Of a stretch of DNA of 64,000 bases, positions 17,767 to 27,625 are shown in pieces. Location: the IMG/VR virus record IMGVR_UViG_3300031718_000177. The stretch is one strand, 5' to 3'. A program made the translations under genes and the position numbers. The first letter of the stretch is position 1; each line of letters begins with the position of its first letter. The notes under the pieces were generated by a model. It saw nothing but the letters and a program-made list of their open reading frames with translations. It did no database searches and was not told where the DNA came from. Source of the DNA: a virus (lineage: Duplodnaviria > Heunggongvirae > Uroviricota > Caudoviricetes).

Positions 17767-18165
17767 CTACTCCCTAGATGTTTTCTCTTTTTCCCTTACT
17801 TTCTTCATCATATCTTGTGGAGCTACCGGCAATGTACGAACCGTCATATTAAACCACTCTGCCTTTGTATAACCCTCATTATCCTTGTCCCTAACTAAAT
17901 ATTTTACCTTATTGACTTCACCCTTCTCATTATGTACTTCGGCTTCGAATAGTATACCGCTCATACTAACAAAGGGAACTGATTGAAACTTTGTGGTTAT
18001 ATTGCCCTTATATCCTCTACCTTGGATTTCTTGACTCGCATTATGATTATCAAGCATATCGTGAGCATTAACGAACAGTATGTCCAATAACTTATTAGAT
18101 AATGGTTTGCCAGAGTTCATTAGGCAGAAAATCTTGAACTTCATATCCAATTCCTCCTCAACCAT
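17767..18165 (-). CDS. Hypothetical protein
   Basis: Packed ORF. Confidence 0.6.
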   Translation of the reverse strand: MVEEELDMKFKIFCLMNSGKPLSNKLLDILFVNAHDMLDNHNASQEIQGRGYKGNITTKFQSVPFVSMSGILFEAEVHNEKGEVNKVKYLVRDKDNEGYTKAEWFNMTVRTLPVAPQDMMKKVREKEKTSRE

Positions 18166-18503
18166 TCCAACACTTCGAAACGCACATGTCCGTCTCCATT
18201 ATCTGTTAGTTCGTCATTGTCATCCAACCCAGCTTTCTCTGCCCATTCTGCTATCTTATCTGGTTTCAATAACATCTTGAAAAGAATATAGTGCATACCG
18301 GCAATCCACGCAAAATGTTGTAACGGCTTTACAAAATCATTGTACGGGCAATCAATTTCAGATATATCTCTGTTCTCCCAATAAGCTTCGAGAGTAGCCT
18401 TCTGCCCTTCCATGTGTGCCTCATAAGTTACTCTATTGAATTCGGGCTCTATGCAATCAAGTATTCTACCTAGCGGTAATTTACAATGCGGGCACCTATC
18501 CAT
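18141..18503 (-). CDS. Hypothetical protein
   Basis: GAGG RBS; CPHC motif. Confidence 0.6.
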   Translation of the reverse strand: MDRCPHCKLPLGRILDCIEPEFNRVTYEAHMEGQKATLEAYWENRDISEIDCPYNDFVKPLQHFAWIAGMHYILFKMLLKPDKIAEWAEKAGLDDNDELTDNGDGHVRFEVLEWLRRNWI

Positions 18504-18565
18504 GTTTCATCTTCCTCAAATGTCAATGTATCTAACAGTTTCTACAGGAAGTTTCTTAACTGATT

Positions 18566-18670
18566 TTAGTTTAGCCCACTCCACGGCGGGCAATCGGGAA
18601 TGAACCATGATACAAGAAACGAAAACAAAATGTATCCCACAACAAAAATAGTGAGCAAGATTTCCATCAT
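18566..18670 (-). CDS. Small single-TM peptide (34 aa, not in ORF track)
   Basis: MMEILLTIFVVGYILFSFLVSWFIPDCPPWSGLN; overlaps the upstream stop; AGGAG RBS. Confidence 0.5.
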   Translation of the reverse strand: MMEILLTIFVVGYILFSFLVSWFIPDCPPWSGLN

Positions 18671-19980
18671 ACTCCTACCTTTCTATCTAAACTCCAATGC
18701 TCGGGCATATGTTTTGGCTCCATAGTTGAGACAAAATGCTTACGCCATCTTTCATAGAAAGCTTGGTAGTCAGTTATCTTGTCTGCAACTAATTGACCAT
18801 AAGGAATATGAATACCACTGGTACTACGGCTAAAAGACCGGGCTTTATCAGTTAAGAGCTTAATATCTTCATCAGATATAATATCTTTCTTAAGATATTC
18901 TCGCAACACATTTATGAACTTATCTTTTCTCTCAGCAGGCAACTTGTCTCCGTGTCTAAATAAAGCAAATGCAGATTTAATGGCTATATTTTCCGCTTCA
19001 TCACGAATAGGGAGAATGCCGTGAACCGGTACACCGAACTCTTCGGATATTTGCTTCTTCAATATATCTGCCTTACGTTCATACTTTAAGTGACAAGTCA
19101 CACACGTCAGCACAATATCGTGAAAGCAATGTTGTTTGATAAACTGCGGGAAATGCCGCCTATAAGCAATCGGTACAATATGGTGCTTACTCAGTTCAAA
19201 TCTTGTACCGCAAATAACACAAATATTCTGTTTAACCGACAGTGCGAACGGATCATCTGCGTTCTTCCGACCTTTTGGCGGGAAAGTTAAACGGATTACT
19301 TTTTCTTCAATTTCAACAGCTAGACCTCTAGACAAATACCATTTCGCTCTATGAGTATCAGTACGAGCCAACGGTTTCCCGTTTGGGTCTTGCATCAAAT
19401 AGTTACCGTAGATATCATCTCGCATTTGTGCTCGCATGCTCTTGTAACTATTAAATTTCTTGGTTCGCAGTATTTCGTAAACGCTAGTATGTTCTCTGGG
19501 GCGAGCATACCAATTTTTATGTTCTTTTATGTATGCTAAAGCTTCATCGATACGACCTTGCTGCCACAAATCCATCACTGTATTTTTATACCTACTAAAG
19601 TTATTTACACGTACTTCTACGCGCGGATCAAATGGCGTTACGAAACCAACATCAAAGTTTATCTCACTATAAAGTGAGTAGGTCATATCTTTGATAAAAT
19701 ATTCATCGTCACGAAGATAATTACGCGAACCAAGGACAATTGCGCAGGTACGACGATGCCCATCGTGTAAGTAAAGCTTGCCATCCTCAAAACGAGTGAT
19801 TCCTATGAGTTTTGGCTTATCGCCAGATAATTTCGGACGCTTACTCTCAAAGAAGTGCGAAGGAAGCACTTCCTCAGTAAAATAACCATTCTGTCTAACG
19901 AACTTAATCATCTGTCGGAAAGTAGCTCCAACAGGTATGGTATCCTGAGTCACAATGAGATTTTCAATCTCGATTGGCAT
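18667..19980 (-). CDS. ParB/Srx-like domain fused to an EXD2-type HNH domain
   Basis: LYLHDGHRR in the N-terminal half; C-terminal half YGNY..DPNGKPL..AKWYL..NICVICG..HHIVPIAYRRHFP..HDIVLTCVTCH..RWRKHF..MEPKHMPEHWSLD. Confidence 0.8.
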   Translation of the reverse strand: MPIEIENLIVTQDTIPVGATFRQMIKFVRQNGYFTEEVLPSHFFESKRPKLSGDKPKLIGITRFEDGKLYLHDGHRRTCAIVLGSRNYLRDDEYFIKDMTYSLYSEINFDVGFVTPFDPRVEVRVNNFSRYKNTVMDLWQQGRIDEALAYIKEHKNWYARPREHTSVYEILRTKKFNSYKSMRAQMRDDIYGNYLMQDPNGKPLARTDTHRAKWYLSRGLAVEIEEKVIRLTFPPKGRKNADDPFALSVKQNICVICGTRFELSKHHIVPIAYRRHFPQFIKQHCFHDIVLTCVTCHLKYERKADILKKQISEEFGVPVHGILPIRDEAENIAIKSAFALFRHGDKLPAERKDKFINVLREYLKKDIISDEDIKLLTDKARSFSRSTSGIHIPYGQLVADKITDYQAFYERWRKHFVSTMEPKHMPEHWSLDRKVGV

Positions 19981-19990
19981 TCAAGGATTC

Positions 19991-21553
19991 CTAAACTGCT
20001 TGCAAACTTTCGGCATCAATGTTAACGTATTTTAGACCAGGTTTATCACTCATAATTGGAAAGTCCTCTACGAATGTCCATATCATTTCTTCCATATCTA
20101 CCATCCATCCATCTATATCCCGTCTCATATCTACGATTCGATAGTTGCTATTACCAAAAACAGGCAATTTATACTTAACCATCTGGCCCAAAGCAAATGG
20201 GCTCACATCTATAGGATCGTCCCCCTTCCGAATAGTACACCTGTCGGAAAGTAGCCCCGTGCGTTTTACCGGAGGAGTCGCTTCAGTCATCATGTCTAAA
20301 TACCACTTATCTCCTCGCATAAAAATGTTGCCTACAATACCGTATTCAAGAGAATCATTTTCCGACGCTCTATAAGATATTCTCTGGCCCCTCTTGAATG
20401 GGGGCGAAAACGGGCCAAATTGAGGTGCTTTACGACACTTTGATTCGTGTACAGCACGTCTCATTTGACCATTTGTATCAAGGATGTCTATGTACCATCC
20501 TTCATTTACATAAGTCAGGTCTTTAACAATTCCTTTCCTGAAAGGAAGTAATGGCGAGCTTTTACAATACCTCTTGAGACCTTCCAAGTATTCAATCGGT
20601 AGATGATAATCATCTTCCTCATAATAAAACTCTATTTCTTCGTCTTTAGCAAAAGGGGCGTCAGAAGTTTCGAATGGTTCACAATCAGTTGCTTTAGCTT
20701 GAAAAATAGAGTTCCCAGAAGAAATAGACAAACCAAGTACTTTTCCTAAGGTATAAATACTTTCAACAGTGCCAACCTCCTGTTCGCCATGACAATTACA
20801 GATTACCTTTTGTCCTGGAAAGAAAGAAGTAGGACGACCTACTGTGCTGGTTGTAATTACATCGTCAAAAGTTATACAATATATGTCAAGTTTATTTCCA
20901 TTATTGTGATGCACATCTAGCGTTCTAATTTCCGGATATACCTTACCTATAACGCCAATAATCTTTTTACCTTCGTGCCAAAAACTGACTTCCTGCCCTT
21001 TTTTCCAAGGGCAATTAGTTTTGTCGTCTCTTATATCTTTCCCAGTGTCCAGTCGTTCTAGCCAATAATCGTAGTCATTAAGGTTGATAATTACCGGCAC
21101 TGGTATCCAACGTTGGGCGGGTTCAATCCACTGGTCGCTCCGTCTTTTGGCCAGTACAGTTGCCACTTTTTCAGTAACTTTGAGGGCTATATAATCTGCC
21201 CCCTCACAGCTATACCACTTCTTAATATCTTCGTCGGTAACTTCAATCCTTACGTCATTGATAAACTGTTCGTCTGTCTTAGACCGCCAACTTAAGTACC
21301 AATGAATACCATTATGTGTATTTTTCCTAGTTGGTTTTTCATCCTGAGATTGCTCAAGAGCAGCGATATATCGTAAGTGCAGAGCGAGAGCATCGCATAA
21401 CATAGCCGCTTCATACGGCGATAATGTCGTTACAACATCCTTGTTCATAAAGAATTCGGGATGTCGCTTTAATGGTTCATCGTTATCTAGGCATATAAGC
21501 CACTTCTGACCAGTTTCAGGATGAACAACCGATTTGTAATATTTGCTACTCAT
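19991..21553 (-). CDS. Protein with about five tandem SH3/KOW/Tudor-like modules
   Basis: Recurrent P-F/W-x-x-G-Q-x-V/I starts: PWKKGQEV, FFPGQKV, PFAKDEEI, PFKRGQRI, PFALGQMV. Confidence 0.6.
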   Translation of the reverse strand: MSSKYYKSVVHPETGQKWLICLDNDEPLKRHPEFFMNKDVVTTLSPYEAAMLCDALALHLRYIAALEQSQDEKPTRKNTHNGIHWYLSWRSKTDEQFINDVRIEVTDEDIKKWYSCEGADYIALKVTEKVATVLAKRRSDQWIEPAQRWIPVPVIINLNDYDYWLERLDTGKDIRDDKTNCPWKKGQEVSFWHEGKKIIGVIGKVYPEIRTLDVHHNNGNKLDIYCITFDDVITTSTVGRPTSFFPGQKVICNCHGEQEVGTVESIYTLGKVLGLSISSGNSIFQAKATDCEPFETSDAPFAKDEEIEFYYEEDDYHLPIEYLEGLKRYCKSSPLLPFRKGIVKDLTYVNEGWYIDILDTNGQMRRAVHESKCRKAPQFGPFSPPFKRGQRISYRASENDSLEYGIVGNIFMRGDKWYLDMMTEATPPVKRTGLLSDRCTIRKGDDPIDVSPFALGQMVKYKLPVFGNSNYRIVDMRRDIDGWMVDMEEMIWTFVEDFPIMSDKPGLKYVNIDAESLQAV

Positions 21554-21562
21554 TTGCTCAAA

Positions 21563-22630
21563 TCATTTCGCTGAAGGTATTATTGGGAATACATTTTCGG
21601 GAACATGATTCTTCGCAGAACCTCTAAGTAATGATTCTAGCTGAGTATGATTATCGTTAAAATAAAGTATTGATTCAATAGGTAAATCCCCATCAGGAGT
21701 CGGCATATGAACATCCACACTCACAAGCCTACCTATGACCGTTACTTCATATCCGTGAGCGTCTTTAATATGAAATCCTCTGTAACCCAGAGGGTTATCT
21801 TCTACTAATTTCAGTATGCCGCTCTTACGTTCAGTATCGGTCGCTAAATTAAGACTGCGAAACGCTGCCACAAAAGAATCGGCCTCGGCCTCCGAAAGAG
21901 CCCAAGTGAGATTCTCTTTGCCACTGAAAGCATCTAGGGTCACTTGAATAGGAATGCCGAGATTAGGTTGCCAACGTCCGGACTTTGCTTTAATTTTTAT
22001 GGGTTCTGGCATTTGTTTATCAAGCCAAGAAGGCTGTTCAACTTTTTCTTCGGTAACTTCTTTATTTACTTCGGCAAGTTTCGGGTTAAGCGGCAATTTC
22101 CCAGACATAAGGGGCGATACATAATTCCCATCACGCCAAGTTGGGTTTAATACTTTTTCGCTAGACTTTTTTCTTTCTTCTTCAATCTGTTGACGAACCT
22201 GCCGAGCTTCCTTATCCCATTTCACATATTTTAGTGGATCATTAACTACGACGGGACTCTTTCTTGATGCGTCTGCTGCCTTCCTGGTTTCAATAACGTG
22301 CGATACAACGTCTTTGCCTAAATGACAAAACTCAATAATCGCTTCACTAAAGTCAAATAGACGCTGACGAATATGAAGGCTTCTAAACCATGCTGGCATA
22401 AGACGTAAAAAGTTTGCTCCACTCTCTAGGAAAGATATAAACTTATCGTTCCTTAATAGGAAACTCAAAGCCCCGCAAACAATAGCAGCAGCTAACAGCC
22501 ATTCCCAAAGACTCTTGAAACCAATAAAATCTTCTATAAGAGAATATCCAAAACGCATCGCAAAGAGGAAGAAAGATATGAGAGCTGCGACATACAGTTT
22601 ATCTGGCAAATCAGAATTACGGAGATTCAT
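21563..22630 (-). CDS. Membrane-anchored hypothetical protein
   Basis: Two N-terminal TM helices, a charged linker and a globular C-terminus. Confidence 0.65.
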   Translation of the reverse strand: MNLRNSDLPDKLYVAALISFFLFAMRFGYSLIEDFIGFKSLWEWLLAAAIVCGALSFLLRNDKFISFLESGANFLRLMPAWFRSLHIRQRLFDFSEAIIEFCHLGKDVVSHVIETRKAADASRKSPVVVNDPLKYVKWDKEARQVRQQIEEERKKSSEKVLNPTWRDGNYVSPLMSGKLPLNPKLAEVNKEVTEEKVEQPSWLDKQMPEPIKIKAKSGRWQPNLGIPIQVTLDAFSGKENLTWALSEAEADSFVAAFRSLNLATDTERKSGILKLVEDNPLGYRGFHIKDAHGYEVTVIGRLVSVDVHMPTPDGDLPIESILYFNDNHTQLESLLRGSAKNHVPENVFPIIPSAK

Positions 22631-22868
22631 ACAACACCTCTAAATTGTTTATCAAACGAAATGTATTACGATGGCCAGTATATTCTTCCAACGCCTGCAA
22701 CACGATAGCCGTCGCCATCTGTTTATGATACCATCTATTGGCCAAACCTGAAAGAGTCAATTCCATCGCATCCAAATTAACAGCGTATTCTATAACAACT
22801 CCATGTAAACGCTGGCTAGCGAGCAACATTATTCGCTTAACAAGGACTTCCGTTTCTTCACCTATCAT
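22617..22868 (-). CDS. BON-like domain protein
   Basis: LTLSGLANRWYHKQMA..INNLEV resembles planctomycete BON proteins. Confidence 0.55.
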   Translation of the reverse strand: MIGEETEVLVKRIMLLASQRLHGVVIEYAVNLDAMELTLSGLANRWYHKQMATAIVLQALEEYTGHRNTFRLINNLEVLYESP

Positions 22869-23616
22869 TTGGAATCATTGCTTTCGTCAAAATTGTGGAA
22901 CTTTCAATTTGTTTTTTAGCGACCATCTCTTTCCTGGCTTCGGAAATTAATTGCCATAATTTTTTCTCTGTAAGATTTGAGTTAGCATCAAATAATGCCC
23001 GTAAATCCCTGAATTGTTCATTGCTTATAGGATAAGCCGATTTTAAGAAATTGTTACAAAAATAGCAACATGTTTGGAGGTTAGAGATATGATTTTTCCC
23101 TTCTTGTGAAATCGGTTTGATATGATCCTTAGTCATAAGAATTAACATACCATCCTTCTCACCGTAGAAATCAAAATGTCCTTTGTGTTGTCCAGATAAA
23201 TGAGCATGTTGTTCTAATAACGCCACAGTAGCCTGTAAATTACAAGCTACGCAGTTAAGACTTCGCTTGAATACTTTATATCTTTTCGAGGTCATACATA
23301 CCGAATAAGATATACCGCCAACCATATAACTACGATAAGATTGCCCGATACCCACGAATGGTAATACATCATTGGGAGTAAATTGCCCTATGACCTTGGA
23401 CAACATCCCGCTTGCGCGACCGTATTTGTCGCAAAAATGTTTCCTGCGTTCTTTGTTCATTTCCTCCTTAAATATTCCCATAAATATTGGTTCCTCATCC
23501 GGCACAACTACTCTAGTTGGCTCTGTCCATACCGTTTCTAATTCTTTTCCGTTTCTATATTTCCATTGATATAGAAGTGGATAATCACATGGAGGGAATG
23601 GACCGAATGTCTTCAT
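22858..23616 (-). CDS. HNH endonuclease
   Basis: CVAC..TKDHIKPISQEGKNHISNLQTCCYFCNN. Confidence 0.85.
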   Translation of the reverse strand: MKTFGPFPPCDYPLLYQWKYRNGKELETVWTEPTRVVVPDEEPIFMGIFKEEMNKERRKHFCDKYGRASGMLSKVIGQFTPNDVLPFVGIGQSYRSYMVGGISYSVCMTSKRYKVFKRSLNCVACNLQATVALLEQHAHLSGQHKGHFDFYGEKDGMLILMTKDHIKPISQEGKNHISNLQTCCYFCNNFLKSAYPISNEQFRDLRALFDANSNLTEKKLWQLISEARKEMVAKKQIESSTILTKAMIPNDR

Positions 23617-23619
23617 CTT

Positions 23620-24420
23620 TCATTCATTTCCGCCTATCTCAAACTTAAACGGATGGTCTGGATTATTGTGGTCAGTTAAATCTTGGTCAATTTCTTCTTC
23701 TTTAGTTTCTTCATTCTTTAATTGTTTAATTGTATCTGGCGTTAAGTCAAAATAACAGCCTTCTTCTGGAACTATGTTCAACGCTACAAACAAACATCCC
23801 TCTCGCTTAAATTGTAGATTGATGTGATAATGTCCGAAAATAAATATTTTCGGCTTATGCATCTCAAACATCGCTTGTAAACCCTGGCTGGTCTTAGTTC
23901 TGATAACCGAATGATCGTAACCGTGGTTATGAGCAACCATAGGGTTGGATACATCGCCCACTACGGATAGCGGGGCTTCATGGGAAATCATAATATCCGG
24001 TTCAACCTGTGAATACAGAATAATAGCTTGATCGATCTCTCTCTTGCCTAATTCCTCCTCCTCGGACCAAGACAAACCTTTCCTTTTATGATTAAGTGAG
24101 AAACCACCTCGCATATAAAAGATAAATGGCATATGAGGAATATCTATTGTGCCATAATCTCCCAAAAAATGTTTCATCTTACGCCAATACCACTCACTAG
24201 ATGTATCGAAAACCTCGTGGTTTCCAGTAAACGCCCTATGTCTACTCGGTTGTAGAGCATGTAAAAATTGATAATCTCTCCCACTTAAATCGCCAACCTG
24301 GATAGAGTATTCTGCTTGTTTGGCAAGTTTGATATAGTCGGGTATCCTATCGCCGCCGTGGACATCTCCCAGGACTCTAACGTAAGCCAGTTTATCTGAT
24401 GCTCTACGTGCAATCATCAT
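23620..24420 (-). CDS. Metallophosphoesterase
   Basis: LGDVHG, IQVGDL, FTGNHE, ISHEAP, IFGHYH. Confidence 0.9.
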   Translation of the reverse strand: MMIARRASDKLAYVRVLGDVHGGDRIPDYIKLAKQAEYSIQVGDLSGRDYQFLHALQPSRHRAFTGNHEVFDTSSEWYWRKMKHFLGDYGTIDIPHMPFIFYMRGGFSLNHKRKGLSWSEEEELGKREIDQAIILYSQVEPDIMISHEAPLSVVGDVSNPMVAHNHGYDHSVIRTKTSQGLQAMFEMHKPKIFIFGHYHINLQFKREGCLFVALNIVPEEGCYFDLTPDTIKQLKNEETKEEEIDQDLTDHNNPDHPFKFEIGGNE

Positions 24421-24749
24421 CCCATTCCCACTAAAACAAAATATTTACTAAGTAAATCTTTTATACCTTTCCATGACTTTTGTTCCGCAATAGCATCACT
24501 AAGAAACACAGGATCAACACCATGCTCTATTTTTATACCACGCATCTTGTAGGAAAAAGTGTTAGCCACTAAATCTCGCTCTATATATAGCGAAGCATCA
24601 TTGATGAAAGTACCAGTGCGGTCAAAAGGACCGGACGCAGGAGCTTTAAGGCGATAATAATGCCAAGACCTTCTATTATCCCCGTAAGTTCCTCGGTCTT
24701 TCCGGTCTAGAATATGCATAAATGCCCTACACGGGATAATCTTCGTCAT
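24417..24749 (-). CDS. Hypothetical protein
   Basis: Overlapping operon ORF. Confidence 0.6.
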   Translation of the reverse strand: MTKIIPCRAFMHILDRKDRGTYGDNRRSWHYYRLKAPASGPFDRTGTFINDASLYIERDLVANTFSYKMRGIKIEHGVDPVFLSDAIAEQKSWKGIKDLLSKYFVLVGMG

Positions 24750-25177
24750 ACGAAAACATTGTCTTCATCGTCTTCATCTTCATCAAGCTCATCGAGGAAC
24801 TTCTCAACAAGTTCTCCCGCACGCTGCATAACATCCACTATTACACCTTGACTGGCTTCATTATAGGCAACTTGATAAGCTTCGTTCTTATCTACAACCC
24901 AAGGATTGTCTTCATAAAACTTGTAAAGGGTAGCCAGTTCCTCTTCGGAATAAACCTTTTTATGGACTTCAACGGATATGGCTTTCAGAGCCTCAATATC
25001 TTGTGGTCTAAAAGCAGACATAGCTACTTCAAGTAGTCCTTCCGGTGGACCTTCTGCCAATACAGGATCATCCTCGGCTGCGACCATATTATCGGTCATA
25101 TTTTGCAGAAGATTACGCAAACCTCGCTCGAACCTGCCATCTGCGAAATGCAATTCAACAAGTTTCTCGGCACTCAT
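24746..25177 (-). CDS. DUF2059-like protein
   Basis: VHKKVYSEEELATLYKFYE motif. Confidence 0.65.
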   Translation of the reverse strand: MSAEKLVELHFADGRFERGLRNLLQNMTDNMVAAEDDPVLAEGPPEGLLEVAMSAFRPQDIEALKAISVEVHKKVYSEEELATLYKFYEDNPWVVDKNEAYQVAYNEASQGVIVDVMQRAGELVEKFLDELDEDEDDEDNVFV

Positions 25178-25197
25178 GGTTTTCCCTTTCAGGGAAA

Positions 25198-25647
25198 TTA
25201 GAAACGGGACTTGATTAAACTATCATCCCAAGTTCCATTTTCAATCTTGGGATGAGCGGCGTCGTCTTCCAGTGTCTCCGGTTTGGTAAATAGGTAGGCA
25301 ACGGCCTTCTTTTCAAGCAACTTAGTATTGCATTCTTCATTCATTGGGGCTTTAACTACGGCAACTGTATCTAGATTAACTTCTACCCTGTTGTAATAGA
25401 CAGGAGCCCCCTCGATATGGTCTAATCGCTCCATTAAAGGTTCATCTACTTCGTACAATTCGCCATGAATCGGGTAGCCCTTATCGGACTTCGCCATCGC
25501 CGGATATTTACCTAAATGGTAAAGGACATACTCTGGTGTCGTTATAGCCGTTCCAACGTAAAACGTATCTTTCAATACGTGATTACGGCAGCAATTTTTG
25601 CGGAGTGTGCCGTAGACGAATAAAAGGACAGGATTTGGTCTACTCAT
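25198..25647 (-). CDS. Gamma-glutamylcyclotransferase (AIG2-like)
   Basis: LFVYGTLRK, YPAM, IHGELYEVD, LDHIEG..YNR. Confidence 0.92.
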   Translation of the reverse strand: MSRPNPVLLFVYGTLRKNCCRNHVLKDTFYVGTAITTPEYVLYHLGKYPAMAKSDKGYPIHGELYEVDEPLMERLDHIEGAPVYYNRVEVNLDTVAVVKAPMNEECNTKLLEKKAVAYLFTKPETLEDDAAHPKIENGTWDDSLIKSRF

Positions 25648-26068
25648 TTGCTTTTTCCTTTACTTGAAGTTCTTCCACAAAGTTGAACCTTGTCCAAAGA
25701 CACCATAAGCCACTTAACACCGTGACGCATATACCGATTTCCAAAAGGCAAACCATCAACACAATAATATACAACGGAACAAAAGATCGCAAAAGTGCTG
25801 TCGCTATACTAAAAAGTATAGTCACAAAAAAAGAACGGTTGAAAAAACGAGTAATTCTATGGTCGCGTATTTTGCTATATGCCAGATATTCCATTAAAGC
25901 AAATAGTGGTACGCCGATCACGACGCCCCACCATACACCTTCGTTATGCTTTATGGCATCGCCAATGGCACCAAAGAATAAAATCGCTCCCATCAGAACG
26001 ACAAATATGTGCTGGAAACGACACATCCCGCAGTCATGGTTAGTACAGGTCATTTCAACCCATTTCAT
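25640..26068 (-). CDS. Membrane protein (about 4 TM)
   Basis: Hydrophobic segments. Confidence 0.6.
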   Translation of the reverse strand: MKWVEMTCTNHDCGMCRFQHIFVVLMGAILFFGAIGDAIKHNEGVWWGVVIGVPLFALMEYLAYSKIRDHRITRFFNRSFFVTILFSIATALLRSFVPLYIIVLMVCLLEIGICVTVLSGLWCLWTRFNFVEELQVKEKANE

Positions 26069-26261
26069 TTCTTATGAAAAACAAACATTGACCGAGATTT
26101 TTATATTCTAGCCGTAAATCATCTGATTTTTCGCTTACTTGATCGCCGTTAGACCAAATAACTTCGTAAGTGAAAGTGTATAAAGAAGAAACTACTCCAA
26201 TTCCCTTAGTATAATCCGATTTATGGGATACTATGTTGCCAATTTTAAGTTCCACAATCAT
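26055..26261 (-). CDS. Small SH3-like protein
   Basis: [20 protein letters not shown]. Confidence 0.55.
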   Translation of the reverse strand: MIVELKIGNIVSHKSDYTKGIGVVSSLYTFTYEVIWSNGDQVSEKSDDLRLEYKNLGQCLFFIRNEMG

Positions 26262-27589
26262 GCCGCTTTCGGATTTGATGCTTCGCGTTTTTTAAGTTCT
26301 TGCCAAAGATGCTCTGAGTAAAAACTCTTGTTTCCTTTTACATGCTCAGCAGTAATCTCAAACACTTTTTGTTCAGTATGATCTGGTAGCGAATATTTAA
26401 GGTCAAGCATCAACCTTTCTATAATCTTCCGCAATGCCCTCGCTCCCGTTTCACTCTTTTTGAGACTTTTCTTATCATCTTCGCCACCCTTGGCTTCAAC
26501 GGCTATTGCTTCGATAGCATCATCGGCGAATTTTAAGACATGTCCATATTTAGCAAACATCCTTTGCTGCTGTTTAATGAGTGAATTCTTTGGTTCAGTA
26601 AGTATATGCTTAAGATCTGAAACCGAAAGTTCATCTAAGGTTGCCACCATAGGTAGCCGACCTACGAACTCAGGAATTAAACCATAGTGTATCAAATCCT
26701 CGTCAGTAACTTCGTGTAATAGTTCATTACGTTCTTTATCTTCATCTATAACAGCTACTTGGTTAAACCCCATTCCTCCTTTACCCAATCTTTGTTTTAT
26801 GATATCTTCAATGCCAACGAAAGCACCACCACAGATAAATAAGATATTAGTGGTATCTACCGGTATATAACTTTGTTCAGGATGTTTACGTCCGCCGTGA
26901 GGTGGAACATTACAAATAGTGCCTTCTAGCATCTTAAGTAAACTTTGCTGTACGCCTTCGCCACTTACGTCGCGAGTAATACTGACATTAGCGCTAGTTT
27001 TATGAATCTTATCAATTTCATCAATATAAAGTATGCCCCTCTGTGCTAAATCTATATCGCCTTCTGCTGCCCGAATTAAACGTAAAAGCAAATTTTCCAC
27101 ATCTTCGCCAACATAACCGGCTTCTGTAATTGAAGTAGCATCTCCGATAGCAAAAGGTACGCCCATCATTTTAGCAAGGGTCTTTACAAGCAGTGTCTTG
27201 CCACTACCGCTAGGACCGAGCAATAACACATTGGACTTTTCAATTATCGTATCATCAAGATCATCGCTGGTATCATTGATGCGAATATAGTGGTCATGAA
27301 CGGCAATAGCAAGAATCTTTTTTGACATTTTTTGCCCGATAACATAACGATCCAGATGCTCAACAATTCTTGCTGGCGTCGGAACTTCGATACTGCCTTT
27401 AACTTTTCTATCGATCATCTCCTTCATTACCGCCCTAGCTGATTTATGTGCTAGGTCTAAGCATGGCCAACAAACATAAACTCCATCTTTACCGCCTTGA
27501 GCAAATGGTAGATTTTTCTTTGTTCTAGGTTGTTTACAAAAACTGCAAAATATTGCGTTATCTTCCTTACCATTTTTCTCTCTTGCCAT
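26258..27589 (-). CDS. clpX: ATP-dependent Clp protease ATP-binding subunit ClpX
   Basis: CSFC..CWPC Zn domain, [43 protein letters not shown] loop, TGARALR. Confidence 0.96.
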   Translation of the reverse strand: MAREKNGKEDNAIFCSFCKQPRTKKNLPFAQGGKDGVYVCWPCLDLAHKSARAVMKEMIDRKVKGSIEVPTPARIVEHLDRYVIGQKMSKKILAIAVHDHYIRINDTSDDLDDTIIEKSNVLLLGPSGSGKTLLVKTLAKMMGVPFAIGDATSITEAGYVGEDVENLLLRLIRAAEGDIDLAQRGILYIDEIDKIHKTSANVSITRDVSGEGVQQSLLKMLEGTICNVPPHGGRKHPEQSYIPVDTTNILFICGGAFVGIEDIIKQRLGKGGMGFNQVAVIDEDKERNELLHEVTDEDLIHYGLIPEFVGRLPMVATLDELSVSDLKHILTEPKNSLIKQQQRMFAKYGHVLKFADDAIEAIAVEAKGGEDDKKSLKKSETGARALRKIIERLMLDLKYSLPDHTEQKVFEITAEHVKGNKSFYSEHLWQELKKREASNPKAA

Positions 27590-27625
27590 TATGACCTCAT
27601 TGATGCAAAACCTGCCATCGCTATT

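Noticed and set aside
25683-26111. 142-aa plus-strand ORF
   Set aside because: Antisense shadow of the membrane gene 25640..26068; no motif or RBS.
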